From Octopus vulgaris (taxonomy: Eukaryota): a DNA stretch of 64,000 bases. The first letter of the stretch is position 1. The number at the start of each line of letters is the position of its first letter. Positions 1 to 11,926 of this stretch are shown here, piece by piece. Made by a program: the position numbers and the translations under genes. The notes beneath the pieces are model-generated. The model searched no databases, was not told where the DNA came from, and worked only from the letters and a program-made list of their open reading frames with translations. The DNA lies in assembly GCA_951406725.2 (NCBI GenBank), contig OX597821.1, forward strand, positions 42,098,001-42,162,000. Reading direction: 5' to 3'.

Positions 1-95
1 TTCATTTATTTGCTTCAGGCAGTTGACTGCGGCCATGCTGGAGCACAACCTTGAAGGGATTTTAGGCGTATAGTGCGCAGGAGTATAGGCGTATA

Positions 96-509
96 GGCGC
101 AGGAGTGGCTGTGTGGTAAGTAGCTTGCTAACCAACCACATGGTTCCGGGTTCAGTCCCACTGCGTGGCATCTTGGGCAAGTGTCTTCTACTATAGCCTC
201 GGGCCGACCAATGCCTTGTGAGTGGATTTGGTAGACGGAAACTGAAAGAAGCCTGTCGTATATATGTATATATATATATATATGTATGTGTGTGTATGTG
301 TTTGTGTGTCTGTGTTTGTCCACCTAGCATTGCTTGACAACTGATGCTGGTGTGTTTACATCCCCGTCACTTAGCGGTTCGGCAAAAGAGATCGATAGAA
401 TAAGTACTGGGCTTACAAAGAATAAGTCGAATTGCTCGACTAAAGGCGGTGCTCCAGCATGGCCGCAGTCAAATGACTGAAACAAGTAAAAGAGTAAAAG
501 AGTAAAGAG
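96..509 (+). mobile_element. tRNA-derived CORE-type SINE (family A), near full length
   Basis: tRNA-like head with A box TGGCTGTGTGG and B box GGTTCAGTCCC, CORE-like ATCTTGGGCAAGTGTCTT, internal (TA)/(TG) tract, tail CAGCATGGCCGCAGTCAAATGACTGAAAC(AAGAGTAA)n. More than 10 copies in the window. Confidence 0.85.
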
Positions 510-1030
510 TATGAATCGCTCCTGGGATTTATCGACCCCGAAAGGATGAAAGGCAAAGTCGACCCCGATGAAGGTTCTAGTTGAATATTAGTTCTTATTT
601 TATCGATTCCACAAATATCTAAAGTCCCTCCACCTAGATTTGAATGTAGGACACTCAGGTATTGAACCAGCACCGTAAAATATTTCCTCGGGTACTTTAC
701 CTCCGTCAGTGTTACTGTCTCTCGGTGTCAGGCGATAGGACTTGAATTTATAAACTACAGACGATTCCGCTTTATGGCATACCGCATAATTGCATGGTGT
801 TCCACGGGAATAAATCTTTACCATTTAGCATCAAATCTCTGTAAAATTGAGCGGTTAATTGCATATCTAAATAATCTTAATTTCGGTTAATCGTATAATA
901 TTTTGGTGAAATATAGCAAAAAACTGAACATTAATTTATATGACTATGGAAGCTACTCTTTTCATGAGGAGTTGAAATGAAAGTATTGAGTACTTCATGT
1001 TGCGGCACATTGATGCGCGTTATCTTTATT

Positions 1031-1720
1031 ACACTGTATCTGAAAAATATAAATACAGGATGGTCACGACTGGAATGTCTTTCGATTAGAGGTTCACTTG
1101 ATCAGAGCTGACCTGGGGTTAAACAACAACAGTCGATGGCAAAAGAATAAAATTCTTTTCGTGTCCAAAGTGTTGCGGGTAAAAGGATTGTGGGTGGGGT
1201 GCAATGTAAATGGTCCTTTCTCGTTCGTCGTCACCCCACCCACCCATTGTAGCCAATTTAGAATGAGAGAGAGGGGTGGGGCAGAAAGTGACCTCGTTAC
1301 TTCATCATCATAATAATAATCGTCATGAACAACCCCCAGATATTACTATTTCGATTCTTGCAACTCATAGGGACGGGTACCCTGTTCCCATGGTTTATAA
1401 GTCCGTGTCCGTGGCAGGGTACTCCATTTACAGCTAAGTGGACCGGAGCAATGTGAAATGAAGTGTTTTGCTCAAGAACACAATGTCTGAGAATCGAAAC
1501 CATGATCACAAGATCGTGAATACAACACCCTAACCACTTGGCCACACACCTCGCTCATTATTTCACAGCTACTTTATTTATCGATCCCGAAAGGATGAAC
1601 AGTAAACTTACACTGAATCTGAAAAAATATAAATACAGGACGGTCACGACTGGAATGCCTTTCGATTAGAGGTTCACTTGATCAGAGCTGACCTGGGGTT
1701 AAATAACAGCAGTCGATGGC
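1031..1720 (+). repeat. ~110-bp direct duplication (about 1031-1140 and 1609-1720) of a SINE-like 3' segment
   Basis: ACACTG.ATCTGAAAAA...GACTGGAATG.CTTTCGATTAGAGGTTCACTTGATCAGAGCTGACCTGGGGTTAAA...AGTCGATGGCA occurs twice, nearly identical. Confidence 0.8.
1380..1550 (-). mobile_element. tRNA-derived CORE-like SINE (family C) fragment
   Basis: Minus strand GTGGCCAAGTGGTTAGGGTGTTG...TTCGATTCTC...TGTGTTCTTGAGCAAAACACTTCATTTCAC. Same family at about 17690-18030, 19480-19810, 21720-22000 and 49819-50070. Confidence 0.65.
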
Positions 1721-1899
1721 AGAAATTTCCTAAGACAATTTTCTGTACTTTTAGTTCCATGGTTTTGTAAAGTTAGTCATGGAGGGATTTGAACTGAGAA
1801 CTGAGAGGGCGGAGACAACGACCGCAAGGCACTCTCTCCGATACACCTTTTGGTGCCAATTCGCTGCCTTGAGACTGCGATATATCCAAGTCTTCTTAC

Positions 1900-2945
1900 C
1901 ATTTCAGTGAATTAAAGAGCATAAATGTTCAGATTCCAGTATATTTTCTATTAATTCTTCAATAAAATAAAATTCTTCAATGAACCTTGATAAGGTTCAC
2001 ACAGGAAATCATCACTCACCTGACATTCCAGGTTGAATCTAGCAGAAGGTATTTAAAATGAGTTGACACGTTATTGTTACATATTAATCTTTATTGGAGT
2101 GAAAATTGATTTTTAACAAATAGTTTTGAACCAAATGGTGATTAGAGCAATCTAATTACTCTCATAATCGATCACATTGACCAATGATTCACCTAATTAA
2201 ATAATATGCAATCAACTTGTCTTTCTATTTAGAACAACAGAAGACTTAGTTCCTTCAATGAAACACGTAAGAATTTCTGTGAAGTGTTGTTTCGCGCTGC
2301 CAGAAATTTCCTGAGACAATTTTCTGTACTTTTAATTCCATGGTTTTGTTCCCCTGAACATCAAAATAATGTATTCCAAGGAACATGAGGCTTTCACCAT
2401 ATTTTCTGTGAAGCCCAATTCAAAATCATCTTCTTTCCTGGAATCTTTGACAAAACTTCTTAAACCTTATTATTTTCTTCTCCATATCAGTGAAGATAAC
2501 TTTGCTTTGCTAATCAAGACAATTCATAAAGCAATTTCTACTAACCATTTTAGTGGTTTGATGTGCCACTATGTCACTCTTCTTTAGTGATCTGCAAAGC
2601 TCCAAGACAAATAGTTACACGTGTCATAAAATAGTCAAAGAAACAAAATTCTAAAAACCATTTCTTAAGTTTTAATTTTATATCGTCGTATGAAACCAAT
2701 ACAGCAATTCTCAATTTGCAAAGTAAGGCGAAATATTTATGAATTCGTTTTCATTTAATCCTTAGTCTCTCCCTATTGTTTCTGTAGCGCCAAACTCCCA
2801 TTCGTTTACGCAGTTTGTTAGACTCAGCTTCGTTTAGTTGACTCAATAACTTGAGTTTTGTTCGGTAGACTCAATTGCCTTCAGTTTGAATGTCACATCA
2901 GAAGAGTTCTGCTTTCTGACCTGCGACGTGATGTTGCGCCATTTC
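1900..2945 (-). mobile_element. degraded pogo-superfamily (POGK-like) transposase remnant
   Basis: Manual frameshifted translation gives SDVTFKLKAIESTE (N-terminal DNA-binding-like), LKKWFLE...MTRVTICLGALQI and FDVQGNKTMELKVQKIVS / SGSAKQHFTEILTCFIEGTK, resembling pogo FDMPGNKTVE.KG.KTV...G.EK.HFTVVL.C.ADGTK. Many stops. Confidence 0.55.
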
Positions 2946-3403
2946 TATAATTTGTAAATTAATAAAGAACAGGATTTTATTTTGTTGACTTCTTTCAAGC
3001 ACAGAAACTAATTACGTTATTTTTTTTATTGTATCTCAGTTACCTTTCAACCATCCACTGCAAATGTAAGTTAAGTCACGGATCTACTTGTTGATGCCTG
3101 TTTATGTCAGCCAAACGAAAGATTGTTGGCAGGTAACGAGGTTTTGAAGATCATACTATTAAGCTGTCCAGAGTTTCCGTTTCTCGGTAACATTAAGTGC
3201 TGATCTAAAAATAAGGGCTGTTTATTTAGATTATCAGATAAAGTTATATTGTGCATGATAAACTGGAGGAAAAAACACACAAAAAAAGAAAGAAAAGAAG
3301 CCGATTAAAGCTTTCGTATATTCTCTTTAATGTTCATCCGGTTTTTCTTGTAATGGATCATAAACTCGATACCTGTCTGTCCCTAGTTCCAGTCCAAAGC
3401 TGG

Positions 3404-3510
3404 ACATTTGATAGCAGACGATCAGAAAACCATTTAATAGCAGACGATCAGAAAAACATTTGATAGCAGACGATCAGAAAAAACATTTGATAGCAGAAGA
3501 TCAGAAAAAC
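3404..3510. repeat. 26-27-bp tandem repeat x4
   Basis: CATTTGATAGCAGACGATCAGAAAA(A) starts at 3405, 3431, 3457 and 3484, with no spacers. Confidence 0.9.
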
Positions 3511-3788
3511 AACCGAAAAATACATGATTCAATATAATATTTCCGTCGTTTTACTCATTGCATTGTGGCCAAGATGGAGCACCGCTTTAAGAGGCTTTAG
3601 TTAATCATATAGGCCTCAGTATTTATTATTCGTTTTTTTTTTGTTGTCATTTTTGTCATTGTTTTATCGATATCTCTAACGAGATGCTAAGCTATAGGAA
3701 ATAGCACACAGAGTATCGTTTGCCAATTGGTCAACGTAAAAGAAAGACATTTAATCACACACGTAAACACATACATGTATTGTACGAA

Positions 3789-3823
<35 letters not shown>

Positions 3824-3869
3824 ATGAACCTGGGTTCTCATTTCTACGATATTTTTCTATGTTGTTGTT

Positions 3870-3985
3870 GTTATTATTATTATTATTATTATCATTATTA
3901 TTATTATTCAGGTCACTGCCTGGAATCGAACTCGGAATATTGGGGTTAGTAGCCCGCGCTCTTAACCACTCCACCATATACCGAA
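3870..3985 (-). mobile_element. short tRNA-derived SINE head with (TAA)n/(CAA)n tail
   Basis: Minus strand TGGTGGAGTGGTTAAGAGCGCGGGCTACTAACCCCAATATTCCGAGTTCGATTCC (A and B boxes), followed by (AAT)n. Confidence 0.6.
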
Positions 3986-4139
3986 ACGTTGTGTTAACAA
4001 CAAACAAGATGAGGACAAATATCCGTCAAGTGTAAATAATGTAAATAATGTACATAATTCTTCATCTCTTAAATATACTGTATTACCAAAAATAATGGTT
4101 TCAGATTTTGTCATAAGGCCAGCAATTTTAAAGGGAGGG

Positions 4140-4845
4140 GGAGCAACCGATTGCATCGATCCCCCGCCCAGTATAAAACTGGTAGCTATTTCATCGTCCC
4201 CGAAAGGATGAAAGGCAAAGTCAACCTCAGTAGAATTTGAACTCAGAACATAAAGACAGACAAAATGCCTATTTCTTTACTACCCACAATGGGCTAAACA
4301 CAGAGGGGACAAACAAGGACAGACACACATTAAGTCGATTACATCGACCCCAGTGCGAAACTGGTACTTAATTTATCGACCCCGAAGGGATGAAAGGCAA
4401 AGTCGACCTCGGTGGAATTTGAACTCAGAACGTAACAGCAGATGAAATACCTATTTCTTTACTACCCACAAGGGGTTAAACACAGAGAATACAAACAAGG
4501 ACAGACAAACGGATTAAGTCGATTACATCGACCCCAGTGCGTAACTGGTATTTATTTAATCGACCCCGAAAGGATGAAAGATAAAGTCGACATCGGCGGA
4601 ATTTGAACTCAGAACGTAGCGGCAGACGAAATACCTATTTCTATTTCTTTATTACCCACAAGGGGCTAAACACAGAGGGGACAAACAAGGACAGACATAG
4701 GTATTAAGTCGATTACATCAACCCCAGTGCTTAACTGGTACTTAATTTATCGACCCCGAAAGGATGAAAGGCAAAGTCGACCTCGGCGGAATTTGAACTC
4801 ACAACGTAACGCAGACGAAATACCGCTAAGCACTTTGTCGGACGC
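4140..4845 (-). mobile_element. tandem multimer (about 4 x 180 bp) of Meta-type SINE (family B)
   Basis: Repeated minus-strand unit GTATTTCGTCTG...GAGTTCAAATTCCGCCGAGGTCGACTTTGCCTTTCATCCTTTCGGGGTCGATAAATTAAGTACCAG. The GCCTTTCATCCTT..GGTCG.TAAA..AGTACC block resembles the MetaSINE central domain. Confidence 0.85.
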
Positions 4846-5427
4846 GCCAGGTTGCTGACTTTTGGACCCAACCAATAATAGTATTTTTGTTGTATTAAAC
4901 AATATATTGTACTGGCTGGTAGTGGTGGTGGTGCTTCAGCCTACGAAAGTCTGGATTGATAAGGTCTAAGATAAAGGTTTCCAGTTATGGCCATCCATAT
5001 GTACGTTTTGTTTAAATTACCTTTCATACTCCAAGACAAATGGAAGAATTAACAGCTACATCCAACAGTCAAACGACCACGTACAGGTTCCCACGTTGAC
5101 TCGAATATATTACTGGTATTTCTCTTATTTACTCTGGTTGTAAATTTGACCTCCGTCGGTCACATTTGAACTCAGATACTTTAGGATAAAAACTGTGGGC
5201 TCTTATCGTCCACAATGTTGTGAATTCCTCAAGAAATGTCGATACAGTTCAATGGCGATCTTCACTGATGACAACACGTTGCATCACTTCATTTAGAATA
5301 TAAAATAGGCCCTATTTATCGATCTATCTATTTGTTCTATCTGCTAACATTTATATATATGTGTATATATATATATATATATATTTATATATACTCAAAA
5401 ATAAGCAACAAGAATGACTCTGGTAAT

Positions 5428-5513
5428 TTGGTACAATTGTTTCGCACTACAACATTTTATTAAAAGTTGTAAGTATTACAGCAGATTTAAGATGCTGAGT
5501 GCTCTTCAGCCAA
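5428..5513 (-). ncRNA. minimal type I hammerhead ribozyme (Penelope-type)
   Basis: Minus strand TTGG-CTGAAGA-GCACT-[insert]-AGTGC-GAAA-C-AATT-GTA-CCAA. All core nucleotides are present, with stem I TTGG/CCAA, stem II GCACT/AGTGC, palindromic stem III ACAATTGT and a GUA cleavage triplet. Confidence 0.75.
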
Positions 5514-5589
5514 TAATACAAAAGCTTTCAAATCAAGTAGTATTTGAATCTAAATTGTGTATATATATATATATATATAAAGGATTCCT

Positions 5590-5750
5590 CGTGATAGGTT
5601 GCTAGCCACTACACATTCTCCTGTTTCTTTCTGTAGAAGAGCGTAGGCTCGAAACGTTAAAGACTTTTTCACTTCCCGAGCGTTAAACTAATACATCTGT
5701 TTGTCTACATTACCTGTTCTCGCCTTTTAATTTTTTTGTGAATTCTCCCC
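5590..5750 (+). mobile_element. Penelope-like terminal repeat remnant with hammerhead-like motif (5626-5663)
   Basis: TCTTT-CTGTAGA-A-GAGC-GTAG-GCTC-GAAACGTT-AAAGA. The core deviates from CUGANGA. Flanked by (TA)n. Confidence 0.5.
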
Positions 5751-7674
5751 ACCACGCCCCATATATATATATATATATATATATTTCTAGCTTTATCCAT
5801 TCCTGTCTCTAACCATTGATCTATTGTTCTCTGCCTCTCTTTGCCTCTCTCTCTCTCTCTCTCTCTCTGTAGCTATACTTATCACCATTTACATATTTTA
5901 CAAATAATGATAATTACTCGAGAAACTCTCCCGTGTCTCCGCAAACATTTCGTTCTGGTTCTTCATATTCCCGACCAAAAACATTACAATTCTTGATGTA
6001 TCTTCTCCAGAAAGTCACCAAAATCTCTGGACGAAAACAATAAAAAAAATAATTTTCTATTTGTCTTTCACGAAAGAGAAAAAAAAAATACAAGATAAGG
6101 GGAATAACTTAATTAACCCGCTTAAAAGTTAACCTGATTATTTCCCTTGTACTAAAATTTTTTCAATCAATTTTTCCGGCTAATTTATGTATTATTTATT
6201 GTCATTTATTTTTCTTTTTTGTAACGTTCATTTATTTTTTTTAGTTTTACGATTATTGTTTAATATTTTTAAGTTTAACAGATGGCTGAAAATATACCTA
6301 AACACACACCAGAGTATCCTGATAAAAGAAAAACCTGTGACCAAAGGCCTTTCATTTTGTCCTTGTTCATACATTGCATATCTAAGACTATATTATAAAA
6401 TGAGTCCTTCTGTTTTGAACAGTATGATTGAAGGGAGATTTGGCTACAATTTCTACACTCTTGGGTTCGAAATCATATGAATTTAATAATAAAATTCAAT
6501 GAGAAAGGCAACTTCAGAAAATGTGGTCACTCGGCAAATATTATCACTCTCTATTTTTTGGAGGAAGGAAAGTAAAACTTCAATATTTTTATTTAGATTG
6601 ATTAAACGTCAGTGAAAATACAAATATGTCACTTCTTTCTTCTAAGATCAATTGTTTTGAAGGGAATATGGCATTGATTTCTACATCTGGCAAAAGGCCA
6701 CACAATTTGAGAGAAAGTACACTCCATCATATTGACCCCTGGGCTTGACTAGTAACGTTACTGAAAGAATTCATGAACAGGGGGACTAAAAATGCTAACA
6801 GATTTTATTTCTAATTTGTAGTTTCTTAGAATGTATGATGTTTAAATTGGCTTGCTTAGAAAGCAGAAGAAACTCTATGATTAATGATATTAAAACCATC
6901 CAACCCATGCCACCATAGAAAACAGACATTAAGTGTTGATGATGATATTAAGGATAGACACGTCTGTTGGCAGAATTTATCATCATCATCGTTTTTATTT
7001 AGCATCTGATTTCATTCCGGTACGGTTTGGATGGTTTGATTGAATCCATCAAGTCAAACGTCTGCATCAAGCTCCATTCTCTGTTTTAGCAGAGTTGCCA
7101 TGGCTGGATGCCCTTCCTAACACCAACAACTTAACAGAGTGCTCCGCTGGGTACTTTTCCATAACACTGGAATTAGTGACTTCTCCAAGTAACTTACAGA
7201 CAAGACATAATTGAGTGGTCGAGCTTAGTATATTGGTTAAAAATATAGTTTAGTCTTAACTAATTAGACTTAGATGTCTTTTGAAGTTTTCTTTGTTATC
7301 TACTGTTGTTCTAATTAACTTCTTAATTGAGTTTAACTTTTAATGAGGTGGAGAACAAGAATCTATCTACCTTTTATTCCAATCATTCTAAAATTCTAAC
7401 CACATCACAAGACTTGAATCATTTATAACAATACGATGTTTGCTTTATTTTTTTCCCCATCAAATTTGATTTTTAATCTCTTTGTCTATGCAAAACCACT
7501 TTTGTGATTTTAATTTCCTCTCAGAATGACATGTTTTTACACAAGAGGGTGCCAGTGAAACCAGTTGGTGGATGACTTCCCTTTAAATAGAAATCTTAAT
7601 AAAAATTAAAATAAAAATCCTTTATGAATTTCAAAGTTGTTTTTCATATCCAAGGTTTTTACATTTCATTATTA

Positions 7675-8070
7675 GTGAGCTGGCAGAAATGTTAGCATGC
7701 CAGGTAAAATGCTTAGCAGTATTTCGTCTGCCGCTACGTTCTGAGTTCAAATTCCACCGAGGGCGACTTTGCCTTTCATCCTTTCAGGGTCGATTAAATA
7801 AGTACCAGTTACACGCTGGGGTCGATATAATCGACTTAATCCATTTGTCTGTCCCTGTTTGTCCTCTCTGTGTTTAGCCCCTTGTGGGTAGTAAAGAAAT
7901 AGGTATTTCGTCTGCCGCTATGTTCTGAGTTCAAATTCCACTGAGATCGACTTTGCCTTTCATCCCTTCGGAGTCAATGAACTAAGTACCAGTCACACAC
8001 TGGGTTTGATATAATCAACTAGTCCCCTTCCCAGTAAATTTTCAAGGCCTTGTGCCTAGTGTAGAAATAG
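7675..8070 (+). mobile_element. Meta-type SINE (family B), dimeric
   Basis: GAGCTGGCAGAAATGTTAGCA...GAGTTCAAATTCC...GCCTTTCATCCTTTCAGGGTCG, with a second unit from about 7901. Confidence 0.8.
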
Positions 8071-9519
8071 CAAACTAGCAGAATCGGTAGAGCACCAAAT
8101 AAATACCCAGTGAATAGACCAATAATCAAAGAAATTCCCCATTATTTTACTTAAGCATAACATAATATCTGTGACTAAAACAAATTCGCTTTACCATTCA
8201 TTTTTTTCTTTCATTGTTTTAAAGCAATGGACTGGTTTGATGGAGATTTGGTTATTATTTCTAGCAGGTCAAGACTCCATAGAGAGTAGCTCAGAACATT
8301 CCACTTATTCAGATTTTTTTATTTGACATTAAAGCACTGACCACCATATCACATTTATGCTGTCTTCTAAACAATTTAGTCTGAAAATCTCACAAACATC
8401 AACTGTGCCAGGCTATTTTTGATTCGAACTGGAAAATATACAAAATATCAAATGTCTCGTTATTTTTTATAGTTTTGTCTTTATAGTTTAGCTGACTTTT
8501 GTTTTTTTAGCAACAACAACAGGAATGGCTACAAAATAGGATTAAAACTTTACCAAGCAATTGAATAGATGTTTCTTTTTTTCCCCCGTCAGTGCTCAAT
8601 CCAATAACACTGGGAAACAAATTTCAATGTTTACTCGTTTTTTTCTTTTCTCTGTTACAGACATGTAAACTACCATTTCCTACTACAGCAGTGATGCTCA
8701 ACTCAGATAACCAAATTTCCCTCTGACATCCAGATTTTCTGTAACAAAAGACCGACCATCACTGCTGTTGCCGCTGCCATCACCACCACACCACCATTAC
8801 CACCACCACCACCATCACTACCATCACCACTGTTGCCACCACCTTCACCACCACCATCCCCCAACCCCGCTCTCCAACTTCTATTGTGTGAACAGAGAAA
8901 TGCTACTTTCCTGAAGCACATTTTAAGTTAGTCTTATTTAAATAATGTTGGTTTCAAATTTTGACACAAGGCCAGCAATTTTGGCAGACGTGATAATTCG
9001 ATGTCATCAACCCCAGTATGCAACTGGTACTGAAAGGCAATGTAGTCTCTGGCAGCATTTGAACTGACAATCTAAAGATGGAAGAAATGCTGCCAAAGTT
9101 GGTCTGGAACCGATTCTGTTAATTTGCCATCTTTAAATATCTAAATAATGTTGACAAGATGGTCCTTTCTCCTTTCTTCTGGTTCAGATTGGCGTGTCAT
9201 TGGTGGAGGTTTCACACCTGGAACCCAACCATCCAGTGAAACCCTGTAGACTTTAAATTCTTTCTACCAAAAGACAGATTCCCATTGTGAAGTGCCACTT
9301 TGGTCTACTCTCTTCTTTTATCATTTGCAGAATGAAGACCTCTGAATCTACAGGAACCAACAATAGCCACCCACAACATTCCAGTTGAAATTGTCTTGAT
9401 AATGGAATTCTATGAGTGAAAACACTCACCATATTAGTCGTTTGCAGTACCGAAGATGGCAAGGTGAGAATGTAAACCATTTCAGAGAACTCTTACACCT
9501 TATTCTTTCATAAGGTGAC

Positions 9520-9760
9520 ATCTACCTATTTCTTTACTACCCACAAGGGGCTAAACACAGAGAAGACAAACAAGGACAGACAAACGGATTAAGTCGATTA
9601 TATCGACCCCAGTGTGTAACTGGTACTTAATTTATCGACCCCGAAAGGATGAAAGGCAAAGTCGACCTCAGCGGAATTTAAACCCAGAACGTAACAGCAG
9701 ACGAAATACAGCTATGCATTTTGCCCGGGTGTGCTAATGATTCTACCAGCTCGCAGCCTT
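9520..9760 (-). mobile_element. Meta-type SINE (family B)
   Basis: Same family as 4140-4845, in reverse orientation to 7675-8070. Confidence 0.8.
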
Positions 9761-9918
9761 TAATTTTATTGGTAGATATCCAACATGATATCTACCAATT
9801 CTCAATAGTTTTCAGTTTTATGGTTCCCAAGAAAATGGTCAACAACTTCAACCAAAGTTGTCCATGTTCTAAGTTCCATTTTCATTTGACTTTGGCAGGA
9901 AATTGTAGATGCCACCAC

Positions 9919-9931
9919 TGACCTTTGACCC
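9919..9931. promoter_or_regulatory. nuclear receptor DR1 element
   Basis: TGACCTTTGACCC, an exact DR1-type site (HNF4/COUP-TF/RXR class). A CRE TGACGTCA lies at 10441. Motif evidence only. Confidence 0.3.
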
Positions 9932-10124
9932 AGTGAAACCTTTTGTTTCTATCTTGGCACAATTCTTAACTTTCCATTGAATTTATTGTTTAAAAATTGA
10001 CAGAAATGGTTCATTGCTTTGTGTTTTCCTATTCTCCATCTATTTCTAAAATGGTTTTGAGATGCCTACTTCTTTTCTCTCTTCCCACTTGTATTTCTGG
10101 CAATTTATGATTGGTCCTCCTCTT

Positions 10125-10440
10125 ATCTTCTCTCTCTCTCTCTCCTCATCTCTTCTTCCTCCTCATCTCTTCTTCTTCCTCTTCCTCAACTCTTCTTCTT
10201 CCCCTTCCTCCTCTCATCACCCATACTGTCCTTCTCTCTCTCTCCCTCCCTGTCTCTCTCTCCCCCTCTCTTTCTCTCTCCCTCCCTGTCTCTCTCTCTC
10301 TCTCTAAGGAACTGTTTGGCCTCCCCTCCACACAGTTTTATCTCTTCCGCATCTCTTCTTTCTCTTCCTCTTCCTCCTCTCATCACCCACACTCCCTCCC
10401 CCTCCACACTAACCACTTAATCCATTCCTCCCCCTCCTCA
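10125..10440. repeat. polypyrimidine (CT/CCT) low-complexity tract
   Basis: (CT)n and (TCC/TCT)n runs. Confidence 0.85.
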
Positions 10441-10799
10441 TGACGTCAATCCTTGGTCAATCCCTTTGTGCCATGTTTTTCCTTGCCATTGTCCACTGAC
10501 AGATAATCAGGATAACTATCAACTACATCTTCCCATTGATGTCACCAGAAAAGGTCAGGCGCACTGCATGACCTTTCGTTTTACCAAAACCATCAAAGAG
10601 ATTGGAAAAAAAAAAATTTCCATAAATAATCTTAAATAAATAATGGACCTGTTTTGATCTGGTTTTATTATTTGTGATGAAGATATTATTAAAAACACAA
10701 TGATGATGATGATGATGATGATGTCATCCATCTTTATGGGAGATGAGATATCAAAGAATATATTATGCTATATATCTGTAGTACACACATTATATTCAT

Positions 10800-11090
10800 C
10801 ATCATCATCATCATCATTATTTAGCATCTGCTTTCCTTGCTGGCATGGGTTGGACAATTTGACTGGAACTGGTGTGCTGAAGAGCTACACCAGGTTCCAG
10901 TCTGGTTTGGCATGGGTTCTACAGCTGGATGCCATTCCTAATGCCAACCGCTCCAAGAGTGTAATGGGAGCTTTTAACGTGTCACTGGCACAGGTGCTTG
11001 CAACGTATCACTGGCACGGGTGCTTCTGTGTGTCGCTGGCACAGGTGCCAATGATGTGGCACCAGCATCGGCCACGACTACAATTTCACT
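10800..11090 (-). mobile_element. RTE-associated 3' UTR fragment with (GAT)n tail
   Basis: Matches the 3' end of the RTE copy at 29588-30979. Further copies at about 6985-7170, 13920-14460, 14900-15345, 17080-17270, 33680-33870, 34505-34720, 35170-35360 and 38150-38320. Confidence 0.7.
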
Positions 11091-11137
11091 TAAATGTATA
11101 TTACACATATATTATAAATATTATATAATATGTATGT

Positions 11138-11202
<65 letters not shown>

Positions 11203-11206
11203 TTAT

Positions 11207-11440
11207 ATCTGTAAACGTAATGTGTGACAGTTATTCGGTACCCATGATAAAACTCCAAGTTTTGGATGCCGAGGTGGAAATCCATGCCACCATCTCTTCA
11301 GTTATCCAGGTCATTTTTCATAGTATTTTTCCGATGGCTGGATAACTGAAGAGATGGCGGCGTGGATTTCCCCCTTGGCATCTGAAACTCGGAGTTTTAT
11401 CATGGCTACTGAATAATTGTCACATATTACATTTACAGAT
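11207..11440. repeat. inverted repeat 1 (arms about 103 bp) carrying a hammerhead-like motif
   Basis: 11207-11309 is the reverse complement of 11338-11440. The right arm reads GATAA-CTGAAGA-GATG..CATC-T-GAAAC-TCGGA-GTT-TTATC. Confidence 0.85.
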
Positions 11441-11503
11441 AAATTCCTCTATTTAAATAATATCGAGGTCTCTTCCTTTCTTTCGTTGTCTTACCATATT
11501 TAT

Positions 11504-11539
<36 letters not shown>

Positions 11540-11618
11540 TAGAATAAAAGGATAAAATCATGTTAATGATTTTTATCAGGTAGTCAGCATGCTATAAAAA
11601 TTTCTAGGTAATTTATAC

Positions 11619-11833
11619 ATTGAATTAATAATTATATATATATATCTGTAGTTATATTAAGGGAACAAGAGCAAAAAAACACCTCTCTCCAACATGCTTG
11701 AAAATGCTGAGGCATTCAGATACTACCAAAAAATTCTCAAATATATATATATTTGGGAGTTTTTCAGTGGTATCTGAATGCTTTGGCATTTTCAAGCATG
11801 TTGGAGAGAGGTGGTTTTTTTGCCCTTGTTCCC

Positions 11834-11893
<60 letters not shown>

Positions 11894-11905
11894 CATTAAT
11901 TCAAT
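11619..11905. repeat. inverted repeat 2 (palindrome centred on (TA)n near 11745)
   Basis: TATATTAAGGGAACAAGAGCAAAAAA...CAAATATA / TATATTTGGG...TTTTTGCCCTTGTTCCCTTAATATA. Confidence 0.85.
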
Positions 11906-11926
11906 ATGTTATATTATAAATAATGT

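Noticed and set aside
3404-3510. CRISPR-like 26-27-bp repeats
   Set aside because: Head-to-tail with no unique spacers, no cas genes, and a eukaryotic context.
3910-3985. possible tRNA gene
   Set aside because: A and B boxes are present, but there is no complete acceptor stem and it runs into a (TAA)n tail. Treated as a SINE head.
9240-9262. ACCCTGTAGA, similar to the miR-10 5' end
   Set aside because: Only 10 nt match. The nearest complement is about 100 nt away, so there is no pre-miRNA-sized hairpin.
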